Of a DNA stretch of 57,973 nucleotides, positions 41,701-49,100 are shown piece after piece. Source of the DNA: an uncultured Clostridia bacterium (GTDB taxonomy: Bacteria > Bacillota > Clostridia > Christensenellales > UBA1242); the NCBI GenBank assembly GCA_944377435.1, contig CALWEY010000088.1, positions 1-57,973 of the forward strand, written 5' to 3'. A model generated the notes under the pieces. The model ran no database searches and had not been told where the DNA came from. It saw only the letters and a list, made by a program, of their open reading frames with translations. The position numbers and the translations under genes are program-made. Positions within the stretch are counted from its first letter, which is position 1. Every line of letters starts with the position of its first letter.

Positions 41701-43162
41701 TTTTGTTGATAATAAAGATGGAACATTAACAATTCAAAAAAATGATGGAACATTAAGTTATATAGTTAATTATGTAAATACAGAATTTGTTGTAACACAA
41801 ATTGACTATAATGTTAGTTTTGGTGAAAATGAGTATAATGTAACCGAAGTTCATGAAAGTTCAACAAATAAAGTTTTGTATATAAGATACTTAGATAAGA
41901 CATTAAAGTATGAAACTGAAAATTCGGCTTATGAAAATATTCATGTGGAAAACATAACAGGAAATATAAGCGATGCTTATTTAACACTTTCTTTACAAAA
42001 TGAAGTTTATAGCGGTAAAAATATTATTATGGCTGTAAAATATAAAGGTAATGAAAAGAGTTTGCTCAATTTGTCAACCGACTTAAATTACACAATTTAT
42101 GCATATGAAGATATAAGAAATAATGTATTGCTATACATTTACAATCAAAATGTTATGCAAGATGATTATTTAGGTGTTGCTTCAAATAAAGTAAATGAAA
42201 ACTCACTTCAAAGTTTATATGTTAATAATCAAAATAATTATGAGTGTGTTGTAGATAAGCAAAGCGTAAGTTATTTTATGAAAGATTATTATAACTTGGG
42301 TGTGGAATCTATTTCACAAATACCTGTTTATGCATCAACAAATAATGAAATCCATCTGTTTGATAATATTCAAATAACATTTGACAATGATATGGAATCT
42401 AAATTAAATTATGTTTATACTGGCGATGCTGTTTATAAATACGATTTAAATGAACAACAATACACTTTAACATCATCTTATGATAATATTTCTATAAATT
42501 ATTATCGATACGATTTTGAAAATGAGACTAATGCATATACAATATTATTTATAGACGAATACAACACAGTTTTAAATCTTAAATATAAAGTTTCATCGTT
42601 AGATTTAATTCCATTTGATGATGAATATGCAATTAAAACTGTAAGTGAAGACGGAACACAAACTCAATACTTTACTTTAAGAAATGGCTATGTGGTTTCA
42701 GGCGAAGTTGGCGTTAAAGTTGTTGATAATGTACAATATTCAAGTTATGGCATTGAACAAAATGTTTTACTTGTTTATAACAATGCAACATATACAAATG
42801 AGCAAAACGAAATTGTAAATGTTGATGAATATGTGCTTGTTAAAAAACAAATAACATTAACTAATTCAAATGAAACAATAGAAGTAAATGATGGAACAAT
42901 TACAAATGTGGAAAGAGTGATTAGTGTAGAGAATGGAAAATGTACAATAACTGATACAGTTTACTATGCTGATTCCACAACAAAAACGGCTATATATCAA
43001 TTTAATCTATTTGCAGAAACAAATTATATTGATGCAAACGGTGAAGATTATGCAATTTCTACCGAAAGTTTATATGAAAACACTACTGAAACAAAACTAC
43101 AAAGAACAGTTATTACAATAGGTTCTAAAAAGATTGATGCAATTTTAGGCGTTTTGCTATAA
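23702..43162 (+). CDS. Giant (6486 aa) predicted surface lipoprotein: N-terminal Ig-like domains, at least six GLUG-motif parallel beta-helix modules, an internal hydrophobic hairpin and a GLUG-free C-terminal region of about 1190 aa
   Basis: A single uninterrupted 19461-nt ORF. GGAGA lies 6 nt upstream. The signal peptide ends in the lipobox-like FSAC (Cys26, nt 23777). There are dozens of [IV]GG[LIV][VI]G.n.G.i.n[SC] repeats. I saw no LPXTG or HExxH. Confidence 0.8.
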   Translation: MKRFKKLVMSMLFVLVALTGVVFSACNDNNDKMTITLSSTNIQIFLGENNNTALLTATVENATDYSVTVLYDSADIKVTTNYLGDGVTEITVLAYRQCTNVDVTVKGAKKSANFTVSATLPISSIVPKENNYHMAYDKTNGGEFVLNESLFSILPQGTNQTQLKYELTNAIEGVSIVNNKLVIDSNLSTVPNSISVEVISAYKDNIKTTIKIDVIQVIDAQSVIICDESGNELGEGETEFNISRTNPDTAILSLIVRVPFSVSQEPIVVTPKFTYQDKGLLQQNDVIISKNDMLGCYEYLFTFTLDDKNSTAGTDFLYFELSYADYPDIKSSTADKEYGKLKITTFDEISDISLKTEEGYINLESPINLYTNYYSQNKIEGYSIKFEAIPTTATSNKLSLNVNLADENLKYLSVKNSMGSEIVFVNGKYLFESGEEFYFIAKDGFNDNAGIQVTVKSEENPLIEKNINFVFKKGISEFGFVYDGASIQNSRTYYINNDSLDQFSSTVVSFAVNPRIDSLNLESAKINGNNIVLKYPTFTISANGDMFELLEQDWGNGELAYLIENGMVGNSYRYDLKIKSIDGKTGEGLITVKFESGQEISCKVIVIEELNDVKVGIDSTFNTSSAVGNINFDNDSINYVAVKLGQSLPLVYNANTTYTSVSYGFYDVEDDDFNIDEDGLIPPTSADVYSSNSNIISANYLRAMSYISPIKVGRVWVKASFTGKEIKLNKNGQEYNYVDKTIDKYFLVEIYVPITSFSATNKTIELYAYDEVGEFNKDLSTKTISILFNNGQTTPTYSDVYWDFWGDIKLEQNKVYEFKATNSDVVYFTVENVGGGKFKFTALTRNADNEDSAFIPTTLNISTKDLGLDKNTIDYSINVVIKEPVLVDNIIASNVADNGIYLITKNLEGIVNGDTTFKILTKVGPDNALNKDVAFRFIPNVGTASNVINITDDGLVSVVGEHGGSGTIRILPKDGIFVDTNGNEYYRDDIVYCDIPVTIGDGTSRETSIRINSLNEIVDGTFHYTLLNSVDYPQVWENKPDTFNGGLYGKIDGSNFVATINLNGESLFETLGSFAILEDLIVCGQVQGQAMLANTNNGTIKNVTVDLYQQNGKYIASKVETDQASAGGLVNINYGRIESSTFAGSIVAPSGVVGGVCAINYGTITNSNVLIYNMETDSQMNFVGQTIGGLVGEMAQNSRLEKSYIYNFSTNANFDTKVMGALVGIISSNNITIDQCFAEIGQTSNFYTTKNSNVSKNDENLIKNSYIISKFNQNIDGQESLQIQFSYFMTQNNGKFIFGNTNNTSDTFLNVSMGSSQIWNKVATTNYGFPYLTKVVPLKALTGEDLQNIQIQNTRLSLAENENVAVMYLYKTNGYVLTDYEKQVLNMVNTISLSELFGIDKIDGLLVSSNDLNVINSSTNELQVKNLGMVELTLQSKYDLSVAPKTIDIYVIYATNNFTLSYKGQNLLSDATISIKNGVSDSLQSSLSSTIVLTNREIPLMQNNFEVVFETENEQSKFVVGKNIGTHTIVSKFEQENGDILDSVSFDVYLKLLDTIKDTENKDKIEEIIKQSTLRKLTIQRTYGALSLSSTISSATISASDELDINLTATFDSQSTNQTVNVEIYDSEGNDISTLNVFEDIILTKISETQNNSIDTVNYIATIKINKSLNSSLIDLNGYTIRFISDEYIFADVKIYILAQEILRVDVNNYAQKESNSSGSMYNYYPNNVLSPGTSGLLDIMIYPSYANYTHVNVTAQPVNNQSLSLIAMKKNDNATYDIDLATNFEFIENGVKIYAKESTSEVGRYYVRVVVPSTVNINTFYNIYIDIYNGDEKVYTEVYALLIVPQEKAGITVEGKDKIFAVKGDTIIADVVYEQTQQIESIVAYDMNTTTVNNNVTIINNQDFTSYATKYFKGTLSITLGENCGNIDIQITTSRYVNGVKEEVYSILKVYVLDFELDFENTHLNNETGSDVIYGDKYFYNSLEFKIAGKYVSGANGIITSSERAYNTFIENNYYLNNATGYEVNYDTQNKETLLENLYYVNNNVYTPVIVKNADGTYTTVSSDIIADFAIEEQTVNGEIQKVIKFLGKNIGTQRMLLEIKAKMPDGSIRTYQYFFDITIANYVTEEQPEEISNAEEFLNAFTGDVEQDYILTNDIILYDFSPIQDTSKVSSLDGNGHQIILRSFSDSVLNQSTVSLSLFQNVTANTTIKNLRLNIYHIDAITIDANITNQVNIAPIAINNAGIITNSEVVSYRYLANQITPQLSGINIKANSTLNVSAQTSGFVLYNSGIITNSRVGGESINVYNVSDKGSVTYETVYLDPFVISSFGEISGFVHTNTGRISSSYVSNLREINNSNIDYTTITSGFAIENSGRISMSYAKGVKDNIQDVHATKYGIETSGISAGFVYANSGNISDSYSNITLTNLGDNPGRTSAGFVYNNQSNGVIKTSLSLSRIIGATTTQMNFSGVDDWGNWQNFGTIENSYYYDEVALEDSSILIEEAYGESASLVSSVTLEEYFYGYSFATNEQNDDGIWVMTTTGPELISANTKSVSLRYYSVETNDENRPIFNYATNYEYGSLNNPILIRNAQEFSNVFSGLGGTSASKFVNLDKKQAFGNYRLINDINLQELISSDDEQTYRLASSSLALTGVYREEGNGKGIGKFDGNGFTISGFALSDSYVESSATNFGMFASIESGAILMNVNVTIGTTNAENEVLGVEAKNVKYVGAIAGTVYDAKVVNVNLTSAFENTNTVTVRGKNVVGGLIGRVIGNSYIFNLSASNVSVTAAKFPDFYYGNGASYTTYNQYSRINEAQNNNISYAGGIVGIIDTYGDDSITQEMFADSIVSTNGNAVMLKTTGTSQITAGTVGGVIGYVGPLTIIQDALYELSFVDTQNRTMQGLYSYNGFAGGVVGYNKGYLRQVRSEHEENWQLNIIEDNVDDYYKGNYDVDRGNEQLFIGNGYNPIAIGGLVGLNVSGKIEKSYSKINVLTDTINSFAGGIIGINETPVTSQTDYIKLSLNEVYAFGDVKASVAGGVIGLNKGGFDFDKVNAVNYWGNRLIDETYTNKTYAVSYNENQNNTYKTSTALYKEDVLFNNSLPIAHFENDEFMSRITSLSRVTGVGDDGELYDGFFTGNGWEKQSWARDEDELFPHILFGYITKIRYIRNQDDLDLLRVATNDDIFVIDPDNSPENQDGYIGITKRIAPITNFSGTLRSLDNLNPSGFLFKTNQNRALFSSTSEATFYNFNIVYGQGVTFNGSLSKNSILVGTANNTTINKIKFENITLNINTNTSVVAGIVTAEAKGTTVFSDIEVLNCNLNITSTYSNDETINAGMLFGTGLITTSQTKSGGIFDTSVQNSHINIDGTFEGSTNRPNSSSIGLVGGSLINNSVELTQMTIVLNEKISGEINFETGLINGNIGYVFGYINGVAISSALNNESQTLNSKIEPSIIITDEKDSSALYNCNIGGFVGNAINSNISDVVLYPEITIDTKADNVNVGGLVGNLNNSNILNCEIKATNEQSEEQIIKESTNKISILNIDSSDENNIGSLIGIANTDVKSKIENVKSYVNLMLSVYNDNKQSALTIKNNIGGLIGNVENYNISNAIYYANINYQSRNALNNTNSLEDSTKIGGVVGNAENTIFAKVYSTGDIFNNANIDKNNKFDLIIGGIVANLNGGEILNSIATGNVYPSYQVKEENGKNVVTKSETDITNKLTSFVYGGLVGTANGEVTLTSNISINTLFNKLDKQLATTSYIANSLVGNGSVTDKNETNVSTNKYAHVYTLTTDNSVGENVMLNSILGSIKDLLKNEEYNVWDKNYFGEENSGTKILPFEYSNGAKDWITGKEYYYLGTEDNCYTFKIQELANQIVVSDGAQVVFEDENINSPIKSIDNNSVVSGIVVLANYNGDGLVEDKVISGFVNENKGIIYSCNVRGRLNGNQKITGSITTNRRASAFVYVNDGLIKECYTSVDVVSYYQEEAKEDNSIVVAGFVISNGGLIYNCYSSGSIQNYDPNITNGNYNGKMYLFGPGKVYDSFSNTRLVDLDIKDQFAKRKFAFEQEKSYDCFYDKYACEAMLSEETFAKVTKNISLGYEQQESIDISKQYTGNLKVDKNYNFGYGSFVDGVYTNIEYMKHYTGNGSQENPYQIPNLGKLQQLSNNLQDKKTYYVLVNNINAEYISGDIAWESKDISNVNFSGYDGISELHYIKDLMITNGGLFNNVDNSEISLLTLENISIDVSLQNKTEVSVGFLANTVSNNSIVNNIEVRTNFDSTDTVTVNVGNQGESKTLILGNVVGSLDSNSTLSSCNLSSLSSNSNGIEYRLKLSNYNINYIIGGMVGVLNGGIVTNSSLTKPIYVDFANGVKISDKTIIFGGIVGLQNAGRIENSYINQSMHLFDGELHNIGKQLTEQEKINKLAELYKDIKNLKLYAGGIVGSCSDVINNDATYDSSEKIITSSYILNSVEIIAGNSFAFSETYLGGISGYGGNISNSYSKAKSLIGHAIYTVTPFDKDEAQRSNGTSTGDSFDSSVLNIYSENGSGFDIYEKAIYRTVEQKAHVAGIANNYSSLDTVINYCDNIQGGMKSRNLYSYYNIDPLQLILYYSLACTYYASSIISFANYMWPAGFVFLATMYVYLNIPQVSASQYYFAGNGYEYFSNNSQSSYFANPYSPTQMAWTNILPIAVNLFDAFKLPLGYVKYQLIGEGFDVVRDGVGNSSNGIWMDIQKYTHSGKDYYYTEDENLYIHSLYFDSIGTSNNGTKERVYSSGGQALKEITINNATYYGANDNSSVNGQGNAFNKYGLVYSLDNITYDSITKNQDIDENTMKEIGWEQCADGTWVPSDSVEVKKTDLSDMMNNQISIQNNKAVIKVANIEDYRMLEVLINDLPEENPERLNELWNKYTTNSNYNEKLEDLYQIIIAKEPSYTIKFVSSNGRANITLNNVFPLGTKTHPFNGYVEGANFGESGFYTLNNIIASTKTDNDASGLFGYVKYLNVKNLNIIYSNNNQIVTQNPLNIGGLVGNVVSNSTTSVDGEVQTSTISEEPNIIIKDVNVNYVFKDFTDIHNKDSVDSTSSNNIGSLIGYAENANIEISQVNILGCDIQLKNKSDDNKKEQAVGGIVGFIQSSIISISDVDETINIRSTSSNKTIGGVIGKSQNTQILLENTDIDGNIINETNVLDAIVVSGGLFGILEQTNNENSILLDTININLKEISAKASVQGVTSYSAGMIGYLIGSDDYISQIITEETFKNINVGYADYLGYQDKTFIMSGLNATEYSNSAYADDFIGNRNDFPKTINKIQDNSKINVYASCLAVSRPNYNDLPTHDENNKITDGGINSTITYMSGGDDVAGAKNIKVETFEYATEIDSEESYAYINGEKYTLYNYKKDYYIVITEIQTLKADSIKIDGSKVKYDIYSIEDRIYRLRIVGECYAQGDYNIVDNYSLEFVRANKYTVTINPYADYLTKVYPMKNRTTDFMPTIIDGTTFLIQNGYESSDKNFVIKYKSCSTMEEGVTSYDSFTLDYMVINDTINLNLSVSVSDTVINSGIAQTKTVTTEYTSINIDTSNGIKLLLNRTESSSDSSISANESDVDEENPEISDAGGDSATKVLPPITLFTYQNIYTSDSINWGENTVNYDINGKIQNISDVGKNNYTYTFNVDLENSKKLKISENIVWQDDGEEKPNMFITTGPTIKIDGQETKTYKSLIISTKSNDEDGWYKDYVYLIDKDLNVAYLGYITYSISDGLEINAQTSRNKLFFPYGDDFTVEKYENHLKSLNDVQFNGAQSIDLSDFEFSFNTSKSTVDYLVTKESENVYKIKETLVNTTIENNITIKNITIKSLNNINVSFNLQTNEKQGTPEIIYKDTISIDVIGRGLTVVQNANVNGETITSDKGFVIENRLNSDTSANGYYYYEFDYEQKVVNRYKLNGENPDFEKGECDSFDFSGNPLSTTVLNITKESTTAFKVEYKNSTSTNETMFRLKDENDNNLTSFITLGGEFSFVDNKDGTLTIQKNDGTLSYIVNYVNTEFVVTQIDYNVSFGENEYNVTEVHESSTNKVLYIRYLDKTLKYETENSAYENIHVENITGNISDAYLTLSLQNEVYSGKNIIMAVKYKGNEKSLLNLSTDLNYTIYAYEDIRNNVLLYIYNQNVMQDDYLGVASNKVNENSLQSLYVNNQNNYECVVDKQSVSYFMKDYYNLGVESISQIPVYASTNNEIHLFDNIQITFDNDMESKLNYVYTGDAVYKYDLNEQQYTLTSSYDNISINYYRYDFENETNAYTILFIDEYNTVLNLKYKVSSLDLIPFDDEYAIKTVSEDGTQTQYFTLRNGYVVSGEVGVKVVDNVQYSSYGIEQNVLLVYNNATYTNEQNEIVNVDEYVLVKKQITLTNSNETIEVNDGTITNVERVISVENGKCTITDTVYYADSTTKTAIYQFNLFAETNYIDANGEDYAISTESLYENTTETKLQRTVITIGSKKIDAILGVLL

Positions 43163-43178
43163 AAAATAAGCAAAAGAA

Positions 43179-46100
43179 ATGGAGAGAAAAATGAAAAAAT
43201 TTTTAGTTATTATAAATATTTTTATATTGACACTTTGTGCCATAACTTTAACGGCGTGTGGTGAAAATTTTAGTAAATTTTCTCTCTCGTTTTCTAGCGC
43301 AAGCATTGATTTAACTTTAAACGAAGAAAAAGAATATGATATAAAAATTGAAAATTATTTTGAAACAGAAGTAAACTTTAATTTTGACTTTGATAAAAAT
43401 TTAGCACAAGTTGATGCCAACATAACAAATTTAGGCGATGGCACATATAGAGTAAAAATAAAAGGTTTGATGAGTGGAACAACAACACTTACAATAACTC
43501 TTTTGGAAGGAAATAAAAAATGTGTTATTCCTGTAAATGTATATGAACCTGTAACTGACTTTTCTTTAAAAGATAATTTAAGTTTGTATGTTGTTAGGGG
43601 ACAAAGTATAACATTTACTAGTGATATGTTTAACTTCTATCCTCAAACAACACTACAAAAAGAACTAGAATTTAGTGTTAATTCAATAAATTTAGAAAAT
43701 AATACATATTTTGCAGACTATGATTCACCTAATGTCGTTACGGTTACAGCAACAAGTGCATATAATAGCAGTTTAAACAGAAGTTTTGAACTTGTTGTTC
43801 TTGATGAAATTGATACGGAAGGAATTACACTTAGTTATAATGATGATACCGTTTTGCCAATAGATAAAGATGAAAATAGTTATATTGAAATAATTGCCAA
43901 CGATGATAGTGACTTTAAAAAGACTTACATAATGACATATGATGCAACAAAAAACTATGATTTTCAATTTATTTCAAAAGAAACAAACGAGTATTTTACC
44001 AGTTCAAAATGGGAATTAGAGAATAAATATAGTGTTGATATTGTAAACCAAAATGAAAAACTTGTTGAAGATACTCTTGTAATTAGAGTTTATGATGCAA
44101 ATTATAGACAATATTATAAAGATATAGAATATAAAATTAAATTTGTGTACATTCCACAATCTATAAAAATCAATGGACAAACCGTTGTTGATCAAGTAGA
44201 TTTATTTGATAATAATTTACAATCCACAGTTCAAAAAGCAAAAATTTCAATAAATCCAACAAACGCAACATATTCTAATGTAACTATTGAGTTTTATGTT
44301 GAAAATGCAGCAACTAGTGAACTAACAAGGTTAAGTTACACTCAGATAAAAGAATATTTGTGTGTAAAATACAAGGGAATTGAAATTAATGACAATCAAG
44401 TAATAACCGACCTTTCTGCTGAAATTGAATATTACGGAAGAAAAGTTTTGCCAACTGATTTATATGGAGAAAATATATATATTAGATTCGTATGTAATTC
44501 CGAATATTTAGAGACTCCAATTTATAATGAAATTCCTGTAATAATTAGAAAAAGTGCAACAGATTTTTATGTTAGTGAAGAATATATAAATTCAACAATA
44601 TATGTAAGTACAAAAGACGATGTTGTTACTTTTAATGGTTTTGTTGTTAAAGATGATGGTGCATATATTGGAAAAATTGTTGCCGTTGCTGATTATCTAA
44701 GTTCAGGTTATGTTGAAGTGTCACAAACACAAGATAATTTAGCATCGATTGACATAAAACCGTTAAAACAAGGTCAAGCTACCTATACTTTAATTTTGTC
44801 AAGCGGTATTTCTACAAGATTGACGATCGTTGTTAAAGAAGAATTTAGCATAAATGATTTTTGGCTTTATGTTTCTCCAAATAATACAGACAATGTGGCA
44901 GAAGTTAGTTACAAAAATATAAGAGAAAATTCTACACTAAGTTCGGTTGTTTTAAGGGGACTAAGTGAATTTGAAATTATAACAAACATAATGCCTAAAA
45001 ATATTGATAAAGATATGTACACTTTGTCATTTAGAAGCACAAATCCAGATGCGATTAGTGTGGAAAATAACAAAGTTAAAGCAAATAAAATTGACAATCA
45101 AACTTATAGAATTATCGTTGATTTAAGTTTGATGCAAGTTGACCAATTTAAAATTGTTGAAAATCCACAATTCCAACATAACAATCAATATTCGTTTGAT
45201 GTTAAGTGTTTTAAACCTATATCATCATTCAGTGTAGTTGGAGTAAATGCTGGAAAAAGCAATGAAACATATACAAGCAAAACGGAAGTTTATGTTGGCA
45301 ATATTGGTGAAGTTGATAAACTCATGTCCGAAGTAAACTTAAAACTTTTAATAGACAATAACGAACCGGAAGATGATGACGATAGAATAAAGGGCATTAA
45401 ATGGAGTTTTTCTACTACATATCTCGAAATAGAAAATGGAGTTTATGAACTTAGTGAATCAGGTTCTCAAATCGGATATTTTTATGCAGATGAAATGAGA
45501 TTTGTTTGCAGAAGTTCTAATTCTAGCGGATTTATTAAAATAACCGCAGAAATTATGGAATATGGTAAAGCAGTTTCAGCTTCCATACAAGTTGATATAA
45601 AATCATATGTACAAGTAAACAACATTTGGCTTAATAATTATGTTGAACAAATTTATTTAGACGCTGTTTACAATGAAATTACATTGTATCCATACATTGT
45701 TCCAAGCGATGCAACAAACAAAAATTATGTTGCATGGTTTGAAGCAAAAGATGGAACATCACCTGCAATTGTACAACTTGAATATGATTCTTCATATATC
45801 AAACTTTCATATTCAGGTCGAGGCGGTGGTCAAGGTACATTGCATATTGTTCCAAGTTCTAAATATAGTGGTGAATCATCTGGCGATGAAACACTTTACG
45901 AATCTTCATTAAATCTTGATGTTTATATTGGAGAAGGAACAATAGAAAACCCATTGCATATTAGGACATGGGAAGAATTTAAAAACATTGACCTAACAAA
46001 ACATTATGTAATAGACACAATAATTGATGCTCAGGGCGAAGAAATAACACCACTTGGAGAACTTACAGGTGGAATAAAAGGTTATGTAACAAATATAGTT

Positions 46101-49100
46101 AATAATCAGGTAACAAATGAAAATGTTGGCGGAATTGTAAATTTTGTTATAAAGAATCCAAATACATTAAGAAGTGTTAATTACTATGGTCTATTTACCA
46201 ATATTGCTGAGACAGGTTACTTAATGAATTTGACAATATCAGGTAAAATAGATGTAAGTGAAACAACATCAAACGATTCTTATGTTGGTTTAGTTTGTGG
46301 TATAAATAACGGACTTGTTAAAAATGTATCAGTTAGTTTACTTAAAAGCAATATTAGTTCTAACGGAACAAATAATTTATATGTTGGTGGTGTTTGTGGA
46401 GAGAATAATGGAAGCATAATTGCCGACATAATAGAAAAACAAGCTGGAGATTCAGTCGCAAATATTGACAACGAAAAAAGAATTGGAGAAAACACACTAT
46501 TTAATGATAATGAAACAACTAGTTCAGGAATTATAAATCCTAATTATCAAACTGTTAGACCAAATTCCACAATTATGGTTCAAATGTATGATATATTTAA
46601 TGTTTTTGTTAATAAAGCAAACAATGAAACAATATATTTTGGTGGAGTGGTTGGAAACAATAATGGACTTATAAGTTTTAGAAATAACAACGATTATATA
46701 AAATATAATTTGTATGGCACATCATCTGTTGTAAATATGCAAGTTAGTGGTGTAAGTAATAATTCATACATTGGAGGTGTGGCAGGTTATAACGACGGTG
46801 GGAACATTTTAAATCTTCTTGCAAAAGGCACTATCGATGCTAGCAACTTCTCGCATGTTGCAGGAATAATTGGTTCGTTAAATAAAGGAAAAATTTTAAA
46901 CAACACAACAAAAGTTTTTGTTAGAGGTAAAAACTATGTGGCTGGACTTGTTGGACTTGTTTCGCAAGATGCTGGTGAAAATGTAAACCTTTCAAATAAC
47001 ACTGTTGAAGCTATTGATGAAGGGAAAACAGGAATTGATGCTTCACTTATTATAAGTAACAAAGGTGATGATGGTAAAGATTGCGCACATCTATACTTTT
47101 TAGGTACAAATGCTGTTAAAGATGATGGAAAAAATATCTGTCAAACATATGTAAATAGAAACATAATTGCTGACGGCGAAAATGAAAATTTAACAAACTA
47201 TTATGGTGATGTAATAAAAATTTCTGCTGACGGAATAACAAAACACGAAACATTTAACAAAGCTTTAAATGTTGCTAATTTTAGTGAAATAATAGACACG
47301 GTAAAATATCCACAAAACACAATTATTTTGATGTATTATAAAGCTGTTGATGTAACAAATCAAAGTTTATTAAAAGATTTTAATACTCAAAAACTTCCAC
47401 AAGATTTAATATTGGAAGAATATAGAGATATTGAAATTAGTTTGTCTTCTAGTGCAAGCTCAGTTGTTTCAATATCTTCAATGGGCGAACTCGTTTTAAA
47501 TTCAAAAGGAACTTGCGTATTAACATTGTCATCATCAAATAACTACAAAGATAAAGTAGAGATAAAGGTTATTGTTACAAACTATATTTCCGATCTTCAA
47601 ATGTACTTAACTTCAGATAGATTGGGAAGTGCTATTACATCTGTAAATGTACTAAATGTTAATAACAGAAACATTCTCAACTTGTATCCAAAGTTTGTTG
47701 GTCAAGTTACAACAATAAACGGATATAGAATTGATACAATAGAAAACTCAGAAGCACTCTTAGAAATTGAAGCAGATGACAGTTATGTATCTGTTAAACA
47801 GTCGGGAAGAACTGTTATGCTTCAAGGTAATGGAACAAATAATTCTGTAAATAATTTGCCAATAGATTTTTATGTGTACATTCCTGTTATAGTTAACGGA
47901 ATAGAAACACGATATTATTTAGTTAAAAATCAAGATAATAATATGTTTGTTGCAAATGCAAAAAATAACTCTAATTTGCAGTTAAACATGAATTACACAC
48001 AAGGAATTTATAGTATTGAATTAGATAAAACAAATATGGACATTGTACCTAGTGATGTCATAAATGTCAGAGTACAATACTTAACCGATGACGAAAACGA
48101 CAGACTAAATCTTGTTATGAAATATCTTGAAAATGGTGTATTTATTGAATATAGTCAAGAAAATATAAGTGCATTTAATGAGTATTTTAAAAATGTTAGT
48201 GTAAGTGAACCTAAATTTGAAAATGGTAAATATTATGTAGATTATTTGTTTGAATTGAACACTGAAAGCGATGTAAAATTAGGCAATTATGAATTTGTGT
48301 TTTCAAGTTCAATTTCAGGAGTGTCAAAAACATTAAAAGTAAGATATTCAAGTCAGCCAATGGATAGTGTAATTATTAAAAATTATACTTTTGCTGATAA
48401 CCAGGATATAGAACTTGGCACACTAGATGATGGAAGTATAATTTACAACACAAGTTATACAATGCAGGAAACAAATACAATTACAGCAGGTAAAACAAAT
48501 ATTTTAAGAATTGTGGTAAATCCATATTATGCCGATTATTCTTATATTGAAGTTACAAATGATAATTCTAATATAAACAATGGAAAGGTTGTGCTATTTG
48601 GTCTTTTAAAACAATATAACAATCAACCAAATCAAGCGGTTGTATCAACTAACGGATACACAACAGCAAAAGGTATAAGAGTTTATAAAAAAGATATACA
48701 AGGTGGAGATTTACAAATTCTTTATAGATTGCATACAAATGTAATTGAAGGCGATAGTGTAACACTTAATGTAAACTTCTATAATGAAAATGGTGATATT
48801 GTTTATAGTCAAGAGCAAAAAGTATTGACAATAGCAATTGATAAAACCATTGATATCAGTATTTCAGGAAAAGAAAACTCAACTGGTAAATATTACTTGG
48901 CAAGAGGAATGTCATATGCATTAGATGTTAAATCTGTTGGATATGATACTGATGAAATTTATATAACATCATCATCACCTTATATAACTGTTATGCGTGA
49001 TGGTTCATCATTCTACTTACAAGTTGCACAAGATATAAATTATATTTCTGGACAAGAAGGAGCAGATGTTCTTATAACATACTATGGTAAGCGTTTAGTA

